From contig OY760935.1 in NCBI GenBank assembly GCA_963664295.1, positions 640,001 through 704,000 on the forward strand: a stretch of 64,000 nucleotides of DNA, in the 5' to 3' direction. The notes under the pieces were generated by a model. It worked only from the letters and a program-made list of their open reading frames with translations, had not been told where the DNA came from and searched no databases. A program made the translations under genes and the position numbers. Positions 47,441 through 57,221 of the stretch are shown piece after piece. Source of the DNA: Candidatus Altimarinota bacterium (lineage in GTDB: Bacteria > Patescibacteriota > Gracilibacteria > CAIRYL01 > GCA-016699755). How positions within the stretch are numbered: the first letter of the stretch is position 1; each line of letters begins with the position of its first letter.

Positions 47441-48046
47441 TTATTCTTCTTCATTAATAGCCTTTGCGTCGCTTTCTATAGCCAAATTTCTTTCTATGGA
47501 ATTTACAGCATCTAAAGTGAGCCTACTTGCAATAAATAATTCTCTTCCATATCCATGCTTTCCATCATCTTGTGCTAATGTTGTTTCTACAATTTCATCT
47601 ATTTCTGGCTTATCACCCGCAAAATCAATACTTGCAACATCATCGTCATCTTTTCCGATTAAATTTAACACCGCATTCACCGTCTTAACTCTTGCCTCCT
47701 CTGGATCTGTATTATTTGCAAGCTTAGGCAAAATCAAACCTTTTGTATTCCTTAGTTCTTTTAAAAATTCTTCTATCTGCATCCTGGTTAAATTTTGCTG
47801 TCCATTAGGTATAATATCAACAACATCATAAGGCTCTTTTGTTTCTTGAGTATTATCTTGAAAATACTTATAACCTTCTTTTGCACCCACAGCAACAAGA
47901 GCAATTAATAATATTATCCTACACTTAATAGCTAACCTTATTGGGATTGTTGCCACACGCAACAGTGTTAATTTTTTTTCTGCTTTTCTTCTTGCCTTTA
48001 GTCTCTCTTGAATAGGTGGCAATCCCCCATAAGTATTCATAAGCAC
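47441..48046 (-). CDS. Hypothetical single-pass membrane protein
   Basis: 201-aa ORF; basic N-terminus then IILLIALVAVGA; start uncertain. Confidence 0.7.
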   Translation of the reverse strand: MLMNTYGGLPPIQERLKARRKAEKKLTLLRVATIPIRLAIKCRIILLIALVAVGAKEGYKYFQDNTQETKEPYDVVDIIPNGQQNLTRMQIEEFLKELRNTKGLILPKLANNTDPEEARVKTVNAVLNLIGKDDDDVASIDFAGDKPEIDEIVETTLAQDDGKHGYGRELFIASRLTLDAVNSIERNLAIESDAKAINEEE

Positions 48047-48091
48047 TTTAAAAAGTACTGCACTTTAACCATTTTTTCTTTTTTTTGCAAG

Positions 48092-49366
48092 TTATTTTTT
48101 TGGCTCAATTCTTTTTAGTCCACCAGCAAAAGGCCAAAGAACTTCAGGTATATCCACTGATCCATCTTTATTTTGAAAATTTTCCAAAATAGCAATTAAA
48201 GGACGAGAAGAAACCGCAGTGCCATTAAGAGTATGCGCTGTTTCGATTGTGCCATCTTTTCTGCGTACACGAATATTAAGTCTCCTAGCCTGAAAATCAG
48301 TACAATTTGAAGTACTTGTTAGCTCTCTATATTGATTTTGACCTGGCAACCAAGCTTCTATGTCATATTTTTTTGCTGCACTTCCTCCAAGGTCACCACC
48401 ACAAATATTTACCACTCTATATGGTATTTTAAGTTGATCCATTATGTGTTTTTCCATGTTCAAAATTTCTTCATGCATTTGCCAGCTATCTTCCGGCTTA
48501 GAAATAATCACCATTTCAATTTTTTCAAACTGATGAACACGCAAAATACCTTTCATATCTTTACCATATGTACCCGCCTCTCTACGAAAACAAGGAGAAT
48601 AACCAGCAAAACGCTTTGGCAATTCATCTTCTTCCAAAATTTCGTCCATATGATAAGCAGTAAGAGGAACTTCTGATGTACCAATCAAAAATAAATCATC
48701 TTCACCAGGATTTACTGTATAAATCTGATTTTTATCTGCTGGAAAAAAGCCAGTACCAAACATAGCTTCCTCACGCACCATAAAAGGAGGAATTGTTGGA
48801 CAAAAACCTTTTTTTTGAATTTCTAAAAAAGCCCAATTCATCAAAGCCATTTGCAAAATAGCTAATTCGTGTTTTAAAAAGAAAAAACGAGAACCAGAAA
48901 CCTTTGCAGAACGCTCAATATCAAGAATACCAAGATTTTCAGCCACTTCCCAGTGTTCTTTTGGTTCAAAATCAAATTGTGGAATATCACCTACTTTTTC
49001 AATTTCTATATTATCTTCCTCTTCTAATCCCTCTGGCACGCTCTCATGCGGAGGATTTGGCAATGTGTACATTATTTCATTATATTTTTCTGTTGTTTCT
49101 TCTATTGCTGTTTCTACTGTTTTTAAGTCAACAGAAACCTGTTTCATTTCAGCAAGCACTTTTTCTTTTTCCTCTCCTTGCAATGAAGGAATTTTTTTTG
49201 ACGCTTCATTTTGTTTATTTCTAAGTTCATCTCTTTTTTGCATTGCTTCTCTGCGTTCTTTGTCCACCTCTAAAAGCGAAGTAATAAGTTCAGGATCAAT
49301 ATGTTTCTTTTTTAAGGTTTTTTGAAAATCTTCAGGATTTTCACGAATCTTTTTGATATCAAGCAT
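48092..49366 (-). CDS. serS: Serine--tRNA ligase
   Basis: MLDIKKIR start (49366), GTSEVP, FRREAG, RVHQFEKIE, SNCTDFQARR, TLNGT. Confidence 0.96.
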   Translation of the reverse strand: MLDIKKIRENPEDFQKTLKKKHIDPELITSLLEVDKERREAMQKRDELRNKQNEASKKIPSLQGEEKEKVLAEMKQVSVDLKTVETAIEETTEKYNEIMYTLPNPPHESVPEGLEEEDNIEIEKVGDIPQFDFEPKEHWEVAENLGILDIERSAKVSGSRFFFLKHELAILQMALMNWAFLEIQKKGFCPTIPPFMVREEAMFGTGFFPADKNQIYTVNPGEDDLFLIGTSEVPLTAYHMDEILEEDELPKRFAGYSPCFRREAGTYGKDMKGILRVHQFEKIEMVIISKPEDSWQMHEEILNMEKHIMDQLKIPYRVVNICGGDLGGSAAKKYDIEAWLPGQNQYRELTSTSNCTDFQARRLNIRVRRKDGTIETAHTLNGTAVSSRPLIAILENFQNKDGSVDIPEVLWPFAGGLKRIEPKK

Positions 49367-49465
49367 GATTTTAAATATAGGTACTTTTAATTTCTCATAA
49401 AAAAAGCCTAATTTCAAATAAATAAAACTTGCTAAAAACCACCTTTTTATGGGAAAATTAAAGTA

Positions 49466-50458
49466 ATGAACAAAGAAATAGAAAAAAAATTAGAACAAAT
49501 CAGAAAAAAAAGAGATTTAAGTATTACTGATCTTTGCTCAATTGACGACTTAAGCAAAAAAGACATTGAGCTTATTTTTGATCTTGCTCAAGAATTTAAA
49601 AAAATAGGCAATAAAAAACTCGATTTATTAAAAAATAAAACCATATTTAACACTTTCTTTGAAAATTCAACTCGCACAAGATCAAGCTTTGAGCTTGCTG
49701 GAAAAACATTGGGTGCAAACACAATCAATATCACAGCAGACACAACCTCGGTCAAAAAAGGAGAAACAATAGTAGATACCGCGCAAACAGTTGATTCTCT
49801 CAATGCTGACGCAATTGTTGTTCGCACTTCTTATGCTGGTATTCCTGCTCAACTAAAAAAACATGTAAACGCTTGCATAGTTAATGCTGGTGAAGGTTGC
49901 CAGGAGCACCCTTCACAAGGCTTATTAGACGGATTTACTATTACTGAGCATTTTGACTCTCTTAAAAATAAAACTGTTTTAGTCATAGGCGACTTGCTCC
50001 ATTCTCGTGTTTTTGGCTCTTTGGGCAGAATTGTGCTCAAACTGGGTGGTAATTTACGAATTTGCGCTCCAGAAACACTAATTCACAAAGATACAAAAAA
50101 AGTTTTCAAAGGAATAAAAATTTTTTCAGATATCAACAAAGCACTTAAGGGAGTTGATGTTGTTTACACTCTTCGTGTACAAACAGAAAGAGGAGCTCAA
50201 GGATATGTTCCAAATTTAAAAGAATTTTCCAAAGCTTTTGGGATAAACGCAGAGCGCTTTGCAATGGCAAATAAAAACGCTATTTTGATGCATCCTGGTC
50301 CTGTTATTCGCAATATTGAAGTTAGCTCAGACCTAGTTGCACACAAAAACTCAAAAATATTAACTCAAGTAAATAATGGCTTAGCTGTTCGCAAAGCTAT
50401 TTTATGGCTGTTAATCGACAGGCGTGATGGAAAAATTAAAAAAATTACCCGAATTTAA
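49466..50458 (+). CDS. pyrB: Aspartate carbamoyltransferase catalytic subunit
   Basis: FFENSTRT, HPSQGLLD, RVQTER, MHPGP. Confidence 0.95.
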   Translation: MNKEIEKKLEQIRKKRDLSITDLCSIDDLSKKDIELIFDLAQEFKKIGNKKLDLLKNKTIFNTFFENSTRTRSSFELAGKTLGANTINITADTTSVKKGETIVDTAQTVDSLNADAIVVRTSYAGIPAQLKKHVNACIVNAGEGCQEHPSQGLLDGFTITEHFDSLKNKTVLVIGDLLHSRVFGSLGRIVLKLGGNLRICAPETLIHKDTKKVFKGIKIFSDINKALKGVDVVYTLRVQTERGAQGYVPNLKEFSKAFGINAERFAMANKNAILMHPGPVIRNIEVSSDLVAHKNSKILTQVNNGLAVRKAILWLLIDRRDGKIKKITRI

Positions 50459-50486
50459 TGTATTACTGTACTAATACAGTAATACA
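50459..50486 (+). repeat. Short palindrome TGTATTACTGTA-ctaa-TACAGTAATACA in the pyrB-pyrC spacer
   Basis: 12-bp perfect arms starting immediately after the pyrB stop; related copy at 18697. Confidence 0.75.
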
Positions 50487-50494
50487 AAAATAAA

Positions 50495-51775
50495 ATGAAA
50501 AAAATAATTATCACTAACGGCAGAGTTATAGACCCAAAAAACAAACTAGATAAAATAGTTGATATTTTAATTGAAAATGGAAAAATTAAAAAAATAGGAA
50601 AAATAAGTGACTCAAAAACAGAAAAAATTAACGCCAAAGGGCTAATTGTTGCCCCAGGGTTTGTAGATATGCATGTGCACTTGCGCGAACCAGGTGGAGA
50701 AGCAAAAGAAACAATAGAAACAGGATTAAAATCAGCCTTAAAAGGAGGTATTACCTCAGTTTTAGCTATGCCAAACACAAACCCTTTAATAGACAGTCCT
50801 GTTTTGGTTAAATATCAACTTAACAAAGCAAAAGAGCTCAATCTTGCCAACCTTTTTGTTTCCGCCAGGATTACAAAAAATGGTTGCTTGTCAGATATGC
50901 GTCAGCTTCAACTTGCTGGTGCCATTGCTTTAACTGATGATGGCGATGATGTAGAAGATGCAGGCCTATTGCGTCATGCTTTTGAGTGGGCAAAAACATT
51001 TGATTTGCCTATTCTAGTGCACGCAGAAATGACCAGTATTTCCGGGAATGGTGCAATGCATGAAGGGGAAATTTCCAGCAAACTTGGATTAACTGGCATT
51101 CCTCGTTCTGCCGAAGATTTAGCTGTTTACAAGAGCATTCTTCTTGCAGAAGAAATTGGTGCAAAGGTTCATATTACCCATGTTTCCACCTTTGGTGCTG
51201 TAGAAGCAATTCGACAAGCAAAAAAAAGAGGAGCAAAAGTGACAGCAGAAGCCACTCCTCATCATTTTTCTCTAACTCACGAAGAATGTTTAAATTGGAA
51301 TACAAATGCAAAAATGTATCCCCCGCTTCGAGAAGAAAAAGACATAAAAGCAGTTCAAAAAGGGCTCAAAGATGGCACAATCGACGCAATAGCCACTGAT
51401 CATGCACCTCATACCGCAATGGACAAACTTGTCCCTTTTGATGAAGCTACTCGTGGCACTGTCGGCTTAGAAACTTCTTTTGCTGTTGGTAATACATATC
51501 TTGTGCGCAATAAAGCGCTCACTCTCAATGAATTAATCTCAAAAATGACCTATAAGCCAGCAAAAATATTAGGAATTAAAAAAGGAACTTTAAATATTGG
51601 TACTGATGCAGATATAGCTATTATTGACCCAAATAAAAAATGGGTAGTTAATCCTGACAATTTTGAATCAAAAGGCAAAAACAGTGCCTTTGCAAACAAA
51701 ACATTATATGGACAAATTGTGCACACACTCGTTAATGGTGAAATTAAATTAAAAAACAAAAAAATAATTCAATAA
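50495..51775 (+). CDS. pyrC: Dihydroorotase (long type)
   Basis: DMHVHLREPG, MPNT, HAE, HITHVST, TDHAPH. Confidence 0.94.
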   Translation: MKKIIITNGRVIDPKNKLDKIVDILIENGKIKKIGKISDSKTEKINAKGLIVAPGFVDMHVHLREPGGEAKETIETGLKSALKGGITSVLAMPNTNPLIDSPVLVKYQLNKAKELNLANLFVSARITKNGCLSDMRQLQLAGAIALTDDGDDVEDAGLLRHAFEWAKTFDLPILVHAEMTSISGNGAMHEGEISSKLGLTGIPRSAEDLAVYKSILLAEEIGAKVHITHVSTFGAVEAIRQAKKRGAKVTAEATPHHFSLTHEECLNWNTNAKMYPPLREEKDIKAVQKGLKDGTIDAIATDHAPHTAMDKLVPFDEATRGTVGLETSFAVGNTYLVRNKALTLNELISKMTYKPAKILGIKKGTLNIGTDADIAIIDPNKKWVVNPDNFESKGKNSAFANKTLYGQIVHTLVNGEIKLKNKKIIQ

Positions 51776-51844
51776 AAGTCTTTGCTTTGCAAAAAAAACA
51801 AAAGCGTGTAAGAATTTACAGGCTTAAATTTTTAATCGAATATT

Positions 51845-53032
51845 ATGTTTCAGAGATTTTTATCTTATTTTATATTTTTCATGACCCTTTGGTTAATTTT
51901 GGGTTTCTTTTTTGGTCCTGACAAACAAGAAGAAACACAAAATAGTAATTTACCAATCACAATATCAACCAAAGACGAATGGGTACACGGTCAATTAGTC
52001 AATTTTACAATTAAAAATAATACAGATCAGGAAATTGTCTTAGGTGAAACACAAAACCCACCAGAAAATATAACTTTTCAAAATACAGATCCTGCCTCAC
52101 AAGATTTTGTAAATATTGATATCAATAGAGAAAAACTGGAAGAGCCCTTGGTTTTGCCAGCAGGTGAAAAAGTCACACTATCTTATACAGACTGGAATAA
52201 TGAACTTTTTGATAAAACAGGAGATTATAAAATTTGTGTTAATCATGATAACGAAAATTATTGCGAAAAATTTACCCTGGAAAATCCTGGCATTCTAAGA
52301 TCACTTTGGAGGGTTGTCTTTTTTAAGCCAATTTTTAATATTTTAATTTTCTTTGTAAAAATCTTCCCTGGACACAGTCTTGCATTAGCAATTTTGGTTT
52401 TAACCCTAATAATCAAACTTTTACTTATTTCTCCAAGTAAAAAATCTCTTGTACAACAACAAAAAATGCAGGCTCTGCAAGATGAGGTGAATGCCGTTCG
52501 TCAAAAATACTCAGGCGACCAACAAAAAACAGCAGAAGCAACTATGGCAATCTGGAAAAAACATAAGGTAAACCCGTTCTCCTCTTTTATGCCTATGTTT
52601 ATCCAGCTTCCTGTGATGATTGCTTTGTTTTATGTTGTTAAGCAAGGTTTAATGCCACATAATGAAATTTATCTTTGGTCTCCATTGCAGGATTTTTCAC
52701 TTGATCTTGTTTCTAAGGATTTATTAGGAATTCTCGATCTTGGCTCACAAAATGTACTCTGGTTAGCCATTGCTGTTGCTTTATTTCAATTCATTTCCAT
52801 GAAGCTAATTATGGTGATGAAGAAAAACGGCAAAAATAACAAAAAAGACACTAAAAAAGAAGAAAGCTCTGAACAAAAACAAGTTCAAAAAGCCGGACAA
52901 ATTATGATGTATATGATGCCTCTTTTAATTGGCTTCTTCTCTTATTCCATGCCTGCTGCAGTTGGTTTTTATTGGGCTATTTCTACTGTGTTTACTATTG
53001 GGCAACAGTATTATTTAAGTAAACACGCCTAA
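51845..53032 (+). CDS. yidC: Membrane protein insertase YidC/Oxa1
   Basis: QQKMQALQ...KY...KHKVNP...IQLPV, GFYWAIS...QQ. Confidence 0.9.
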   Translation: MFQRFLSYFIFFMTLWLILGFFFGPDKQEETQNSNLPITISTKDEWVHGQLVNFTIKNNTDQEIVLGETQNPPENITFQNTDPASQDFVNIDINREKLEEPLVLPAGEKVTLSYTDWNNELFDKTGDYKICVNHDNENYCEKFTLENPGILRSLWRVVFFKPIFNILIFFVKIFPGHSLALAILVLTLIIKLLLISPSKKSLVQQQKMQALQDEVNAVRQKYSGDQQKTAEATMAIWKKHKVNPFSSFMPMFIQLPVMIALFYVVKQGLMPHNEIYLWSPLQDFSLDLVSKDLLGILDLGSQNVLWLAIAVALFQFISMKLIMVMKKNGKNNKKDTKKEESSEQKQVQKAGQIMMYMMPLLIGFFSYSMPAAVGFYWAISTVFTIGQQYYLSKHA

Positions 53033-53087
53033 TAATTAATTTCGCCCTTATTTGGCTTCAAGGGGCAAGTTCATAATCTAATCTGCT

Positions 53088-53196
53088 TGTCATTGCGGAC
53101 TTTTTGGGGTGTCATTGTGATGTCATTGTGGGCTACGAACCGCAATCTCGGGAGGGGGAAAAACACACCCTTACTGTCATTCTGAGCGTAATGACA
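53088..53196 (+). repeat. Degenerate TGTC-tagged REP-like cluster (locus 3)
   Basis: TGTCATTGCGGACTTTTTGGGG, CCGCAATCTCGGGAGG and AAAACACACCCTTACTGTCATTCTGAGCG match locus 1. Confidence 0.85.
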
Positions 53197-53343
53197 AAAC
53201 AAAAGTACTCTCTCAAAATCACAGAGGAAAAACGAACTTGAGATACCAAAAAAAGGGAGTCAGGATAAAAAAATAAAAGTCTCATTCAAAACAAGTCTCA
53301 TCACAAAAACAACAACAAGATCAAACCTCGCAACAAGAAAAAA

Positions 53344-53949
53344 TTAATTATCCACCTTAAGAAAACCACTCAAAAACTCACCAAGAGCCATAAAAATAGA
53401 AACCAAAAACCAGCTAACAGGCAAAGCAAAAAGCAAAATTACAATCATCATTGAACCCCCAATATTAAAAAGTTGCCAAAAAACCAACATTAAAACAAAA
53501 CCAGCAAAAGCAACACCAGCAAATTCAAAAACTGAAACTTCTTTTGCGGAACGCTCCGCCAAAAGAACACTAATCATTGCAGAAAAAATAAAATACAAAC
53601 CAACAACTCCCAAAGAAGCACCACTTTTAATTAAACTAAAAGGTATAATTGCGAAAAAAAGCAAAATTGTGACCAATAAAGTTTCGAATAAAATTTTCTT
53701 ACGATTAAAAAATTTTTCAGGATTAGCAACAGCAAGAAAAAAACTAGCTAATAAATTAGCAGAAATAGCACCAACAAAGGCAATAACTAAAACTGAAAAA
53801 TTAGAAAAAGCATCATTTTCTATACTACCTGAGGCAGGCAATTGCAAAAGAGCAAAAGCTAATAAAAAAATACAAGTGCCCAAAAAACCACCAGCGGTTG
53901 CCGGCATAATGCGAAAAAATATATCTGTTGCGGAAAGGCGATTTTTCAT
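53344..53949 (-). CDS. Multi-pass membrane hypothetical protein
   Basis: About 6 hydrophobic helices in 201 aa. Confidence 0.75.
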   Translation of the reverse strand: MKNRLSATDIFFRIMPATAGGFLGTCIFLLAFALLQLPASGSIENDAFSNFSVLVIAFVGAISANLLASFFLAVANPEKFFNRKKILFETLLVTILLFFAIIPFSLIKSGASLGVVGLYFIFSAMISVLLAERSAKEVSVFEFAGVAFAGFVLMLVFWQLFNIGGSMMIVILLFALPVSWFLVSIFMALGEFLSGFLKVDN

Positions 53950-53966
53950 TATAGTTTTTAACTCCT

Positions 53967-54428
53967 TTATATTATGCCAGATTTTTTATCTTTTTTAAAG
54001 CTGGAAAAAAGCAACAAAAAAGCTCCAATACAAATAAAAAAGTCAGCAAAATTAAAAGAAGGCCAAAAAGAAAAATCAATAAAATCAACAACTTTCCCAA
54101 AAACTACTCTTTCTATTAAATTGGCTATTGCTCCGGCAAAAATCAAAACCCCTGCCCAAAAATTTAATTTATCTAAAGGCAAAGAATAATAAAAATAAAT
54201 TCCCAAACCACCCAAAAGTGCCAAAGATAAAACAATTATTGCCAACTTTGGAAAAGGAATGGAAAAAGCAAGTTGTTCATTATATGATAACTGGAGAGTA
54301 AGAAAATTATCTATTAAAACAACAGGTTTTTGTAAATATTGAACCGCAGAATATTTTGAAACTAAATCAAAAGCCAAAAAAGCTAAAACACCTAAGAAAA
54401 ATCTCATAAAAAAGTAAATCTTATTCAT
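53967..54428 (-). CDS. lspA: Lipoprotein signal peptidase II
   Basis: D..SK, N..LAFS, GAIANLIER, VVDFI, FNFAD. Confidence 0.9.
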   Translation of the reverse strand: MNKIYFFMRFFLGVLAFLAFDLVSKYSAVQYLQKPVVLIDNFLTLQLSYNEQLAFSIPFPKLAIIVLSLALLGGLGIYFYYSLPLDKLNFWAGVLIFAGAIANLIERVVFGKVVDFIDFSFWPSFNFADFFICIGAFLLLFSSFKKDKKSGII

Positions 54429-54519
54429 ATAATATAAAAAGTATTGATAAATAATGATAGTTTGCTCTTGACATTTATATAAAATATAGTAAAGTTAATA
54501 TCCTTTATCCCTTTAATCA

Positions 54520-55830
54520 ATGAAAGTAACTGTAATTGGCACGGGCTATGTTGGCTTGGTTTCTGGCGCTTGTTTCGCAGAAAAAGGCGCTGATGTTGTT
54601 TGTGTTGATATTGATGAAAACAAGGTAAACAATCTTAAAAAAGGAATTATTCCAATCTATGAGCCTGGGCTTGAAGAAATTGTGAAAAAAAATATTGCCA
54701 GAGGAATGCTAAGTTTTTCTACAAATATTAAAGAAGGTGTGCAACATGGAAAAATTATTTTTTCTGCTGTAGGAACTCCACCAGACAAAGACCATAAAGC
54801 AGACCTAAGCGCAGTAAAGGCAGTTGCCAAAAGCTTTGGTGAAGTTATTGAAGAGCCAAAAATTTTTGTGAATAAATCTACTGTGCCTGTTGGCACTGCA
54901 AAAATTTGCGAAGAAATTATCAATCAAGAAATTGCAAAAAGAGAAAAAAATATTGAATTTAGAGTTGTTTCTAATCCTGAGTTTTTGCGAGAAGGAGTAG
55001 CAGTAAGCGACACACTCTATCCAGAAAGAATTATAGTTGGCACAGAAGATGAACAAATAAAAGCCATTATGAAAAAATTTTATGCACCTTTTGTGTCTGA
55101 GGAAAGACCACTTATTTTTACAAGTGTAAAAAGTGCAGAAATTATCAAGTATGCTTCTAATTCATTTTTAGCTACTAAAATTTCTTTTATTAACGAAGTT
55201 GCAAATTTTTGCGAAAAAAGTGGAGGCAATATAGACCAGGTTGCTTACGGAATGGGCTTTGATAGTAGAATTGGCAAAAAATACCTTCAAGCTGGCATTG
55301 GCTATGGTGGATCTTGTTTACCAAAAGACGTAAAAGCGCTTTTAATGACTGGCAAAAAACATGATTATGATTTTAAAATTCTCTCTGCAGTAGAACAAGT
55401 AAACAAAGAACAAAAACTAAAACCATATCAAATAGCCAAAAAAGAATTTGGCGACTTAAAAGGAAAAAATATTGCCATACTTGGCCTTGCTTTTAAACCA
55501 GACACAGACGATATGCGCGAAGCACCTGCTATTGATGTTGTTAATGCACTTGTTGCTGATGGCGCTTTGGTGCGTGTTTTTGACCCAATTGCCCAAGAAA
55601 ATGCAAAAAAAGATTTGCCTCAAAAAATAGTTTTTACAAAAAACATCAAAGAAGCAGTAGAAAACGCTGATGCTGTTCTTTTTCTAACTGAATGGGGTGA
55701 TTTTTACAATCTCGATCTAGTAGAACTGAAAAATATTTTAAAAGGAGATATAATTATTGATGGAAGAAATATATTTAACCCCGAAGAAGTAAAAAAAATA
55801 GGTTTTAAATATTTTAGCATTGGTAGGTAA
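54520..55830 (+). CDS. ugd: UDP-glucose 6-dehydrogenase
   Basis: GTGYVG, KSTVP, NPEFLREG, GYGGSCLPKD, FKPDTDDMRE. Confidence 0.93.
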   Translation: MKVTVIGTGYVGLVSGACFAEKGADVVCVDIDENKVNNLKKGIIPIYEPGLEEIVKKNIARGMLSFSTNIKEGVQHGKIIFSAVGTPPDKDHKADLSAVKAVAKSFGEVIEEPKIFVNKSTVPVGTAKICEEIINQEIAKREKNIEFRVVSNPEFLREGVAVSDTLYPERIIVGTEDEQIKAIMKKFYAPFVSEERPLIFTSVKSAEIIKYASNSFLATKISFINEVANFCEKSGGNIDQVAYGMGFDSRIGKKYLQAGIGYGGSCLPKDVKALLMTGKKHDYDFKILSAVEQVNKEQKLKPYQIAKKEFGDLKGKNIAILGLAFKPDTDDMREAPAIDVVNALVADGALVRVFDPIAQENAKKDLPQKIVFTKNIKEAVENADAVLFLTEWGDFYNLDLVELKNILKGDIIIDGRNIFNPEEVKKIGFKYFSIGR

Positions 55831-56789
55831 TGAAAATTCTTGTCACAGGTGTTGCAGGATTTATAGGCTCACACACAGCAAAAAAACTTCTCCAAAAAGG
55901 TGATGAAGTTGTTGGTTTGGATAATTTTAATGATTATTACAATCCAAAAATAAAAGAAAAAAATGCACAAGAACTAAGTGAATTTAAAAACTTTAAGTTA
56001 ATTCGAGGTGATATTTTGGATTATGGGCTTTTAGAAAAACTTTTTGAACAAGAAAAATTTGATAAAGTTTGTCACCTAGCAGCAAGGGCAGGCGTACGTC
56101 CAAGCATTGAAGATCCTTTTTTGTATGAAGAGGTTAATGTACGTGGCACTCTTAATCTGCTTGAGCTTTCCCGCCAACATAATATTAAAAACTTTGTTTT
56201 TGCTTCTTCATCTTCTGTATATGGTGAAAGCAAAACAATCCCCTTTTCCGAGGAACAAAAATTGGACAACCCTATTTCGCCTTATGCGGCCACAAAAAAA
56301 TCCAACGAAAATTTTGCCTATACTTATAGCAATTTATATAATCTCCCTTGCGTTGGCTTGAGATATTTTACTGTTTATGGACCTTCCGGTAGGCCAGATA
56401 TGGCACCTTTTTTGTTTACTAAATGGATTTATGAAGGCAAACCTTTGAAAAGATTTGGTGATGGCTCCACAGCAAGAGATTATACTTTTGTTGATGATAT
56501 TGCTAATGGCACTATTTCTGCCCTTGATTTTAAAACTAACTTTGAAATTTTTAACCTTGGCAATGGGTCACCTGTAAAATTAAATGACTTCATTGCTATT
56601 ATTGAAAAAAAACTTGGCAAAAAAGCAATAATTCAAGAAGCACCAATGCAAGCTGGTGATGTGCCTATTACTTATGCTGATACAAGCAAAGCAAAAAAAT
56701 TACTTAACTTTGAGGCAAAGGTCAGTATTGAACAAGGAATAGATATTTTTGCAGATTGGTTTAAAAAAAATTACAATCTTTTTAATTAA
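55830..56789 (+). CDS. NAD-dependent epimerase (UDP-glucuronate 4-epimerase-like)
   Basis: TGVAGFIG, HLAARAGVR, SSSSVYG, YAATK, GRPDMA. Confidence 0.88.
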   Translation: MKILVTGVAGFIGSHTAKKLLQKGDEVVGLDNFNDYYNPKIKEKNAQELSEFKNFKLIRGDILDYGLLEKLFEQEKFDKVCHLAARAGVRPSIEDPFLYEEVNVRGTLNLLELSRQHNIKNFVFASSSSVYGESKTIPFSEEQKLDNPISPYAATKKSNENFAYTYSNLYNLPCVGLRYFTVYGPSGRPDMAPFLFTKWIYEGKPLKRFGDGSTARDYTFVDDIANGTISALDFKTNFEIFNLGNGSPVKLNDFIAIIEKKLGKKAIIQEAPMQAGDVPITYADTSKAKKLLNFEAKVSIEQGIDIFADWFKKNYNLFN

Positions 56790-57178
56790 AGATCTTCTAG
56801 CTCACTCAAAAGATTTTCTGCTTCTTCCTGAACTTCTTCTTGGTGTTCTGCTTCTGCCTGCTTTCTTTCTTGGCGTTTTTTTTGCCTTTCTTCTTCGGCT
56901 TTTTTTAAATCTTCTTCACTAATCTCTGGAGCTTCATCTGTATTTTGGTCATATTTTTTATCAATTTCTTTAATTTTTTTCTGTTCACTGGTAAGAATGT
57001 CTCTTAATTCTGCAACTTGATCATCAGACATAACAGGTAAAACAGAAAACCAATATTTCCGCTCATCATCGTCCATGGAAATACTTTTTAAAATCATATC
57101 CACCAGATCAGGATATTTTTCTTTTACCTCTTCTGGTATTTCTATTGTTGTGCCTGAATTTTGATTTGCGTCTGTCAT
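56786..57178 (-). CDS. Small acidic helical hypothetical protein
   Basis: 130-aa ORF; ILKSISMDDDERKYWFSVLPVM; coiled-coil C-half. Confidence 0.8.
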   Translation of the reverse strand: MTDANQNSGTTIEIPEEVKEKYPDLVDMILKSISMDDDERKYWFSVLPVMSDDQVAELRDILTSEQKKIKEIDKKYDQNTDEAPEISEEDLKKAEEERQKKRQERKQAEAEHQEEVQEEAENLLSELEDL

Positions 57179-57221
57179 ATGCTTTTATTTCTTTATATTA
57201 TCTCAAAAAATTACCAAAAAA

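Noticed and set aside
53044-53066. Terminator after yidC (GCCCTT...AAGGGGC)
   Set aside because: Imperfect short stem with no convincing U-tract.
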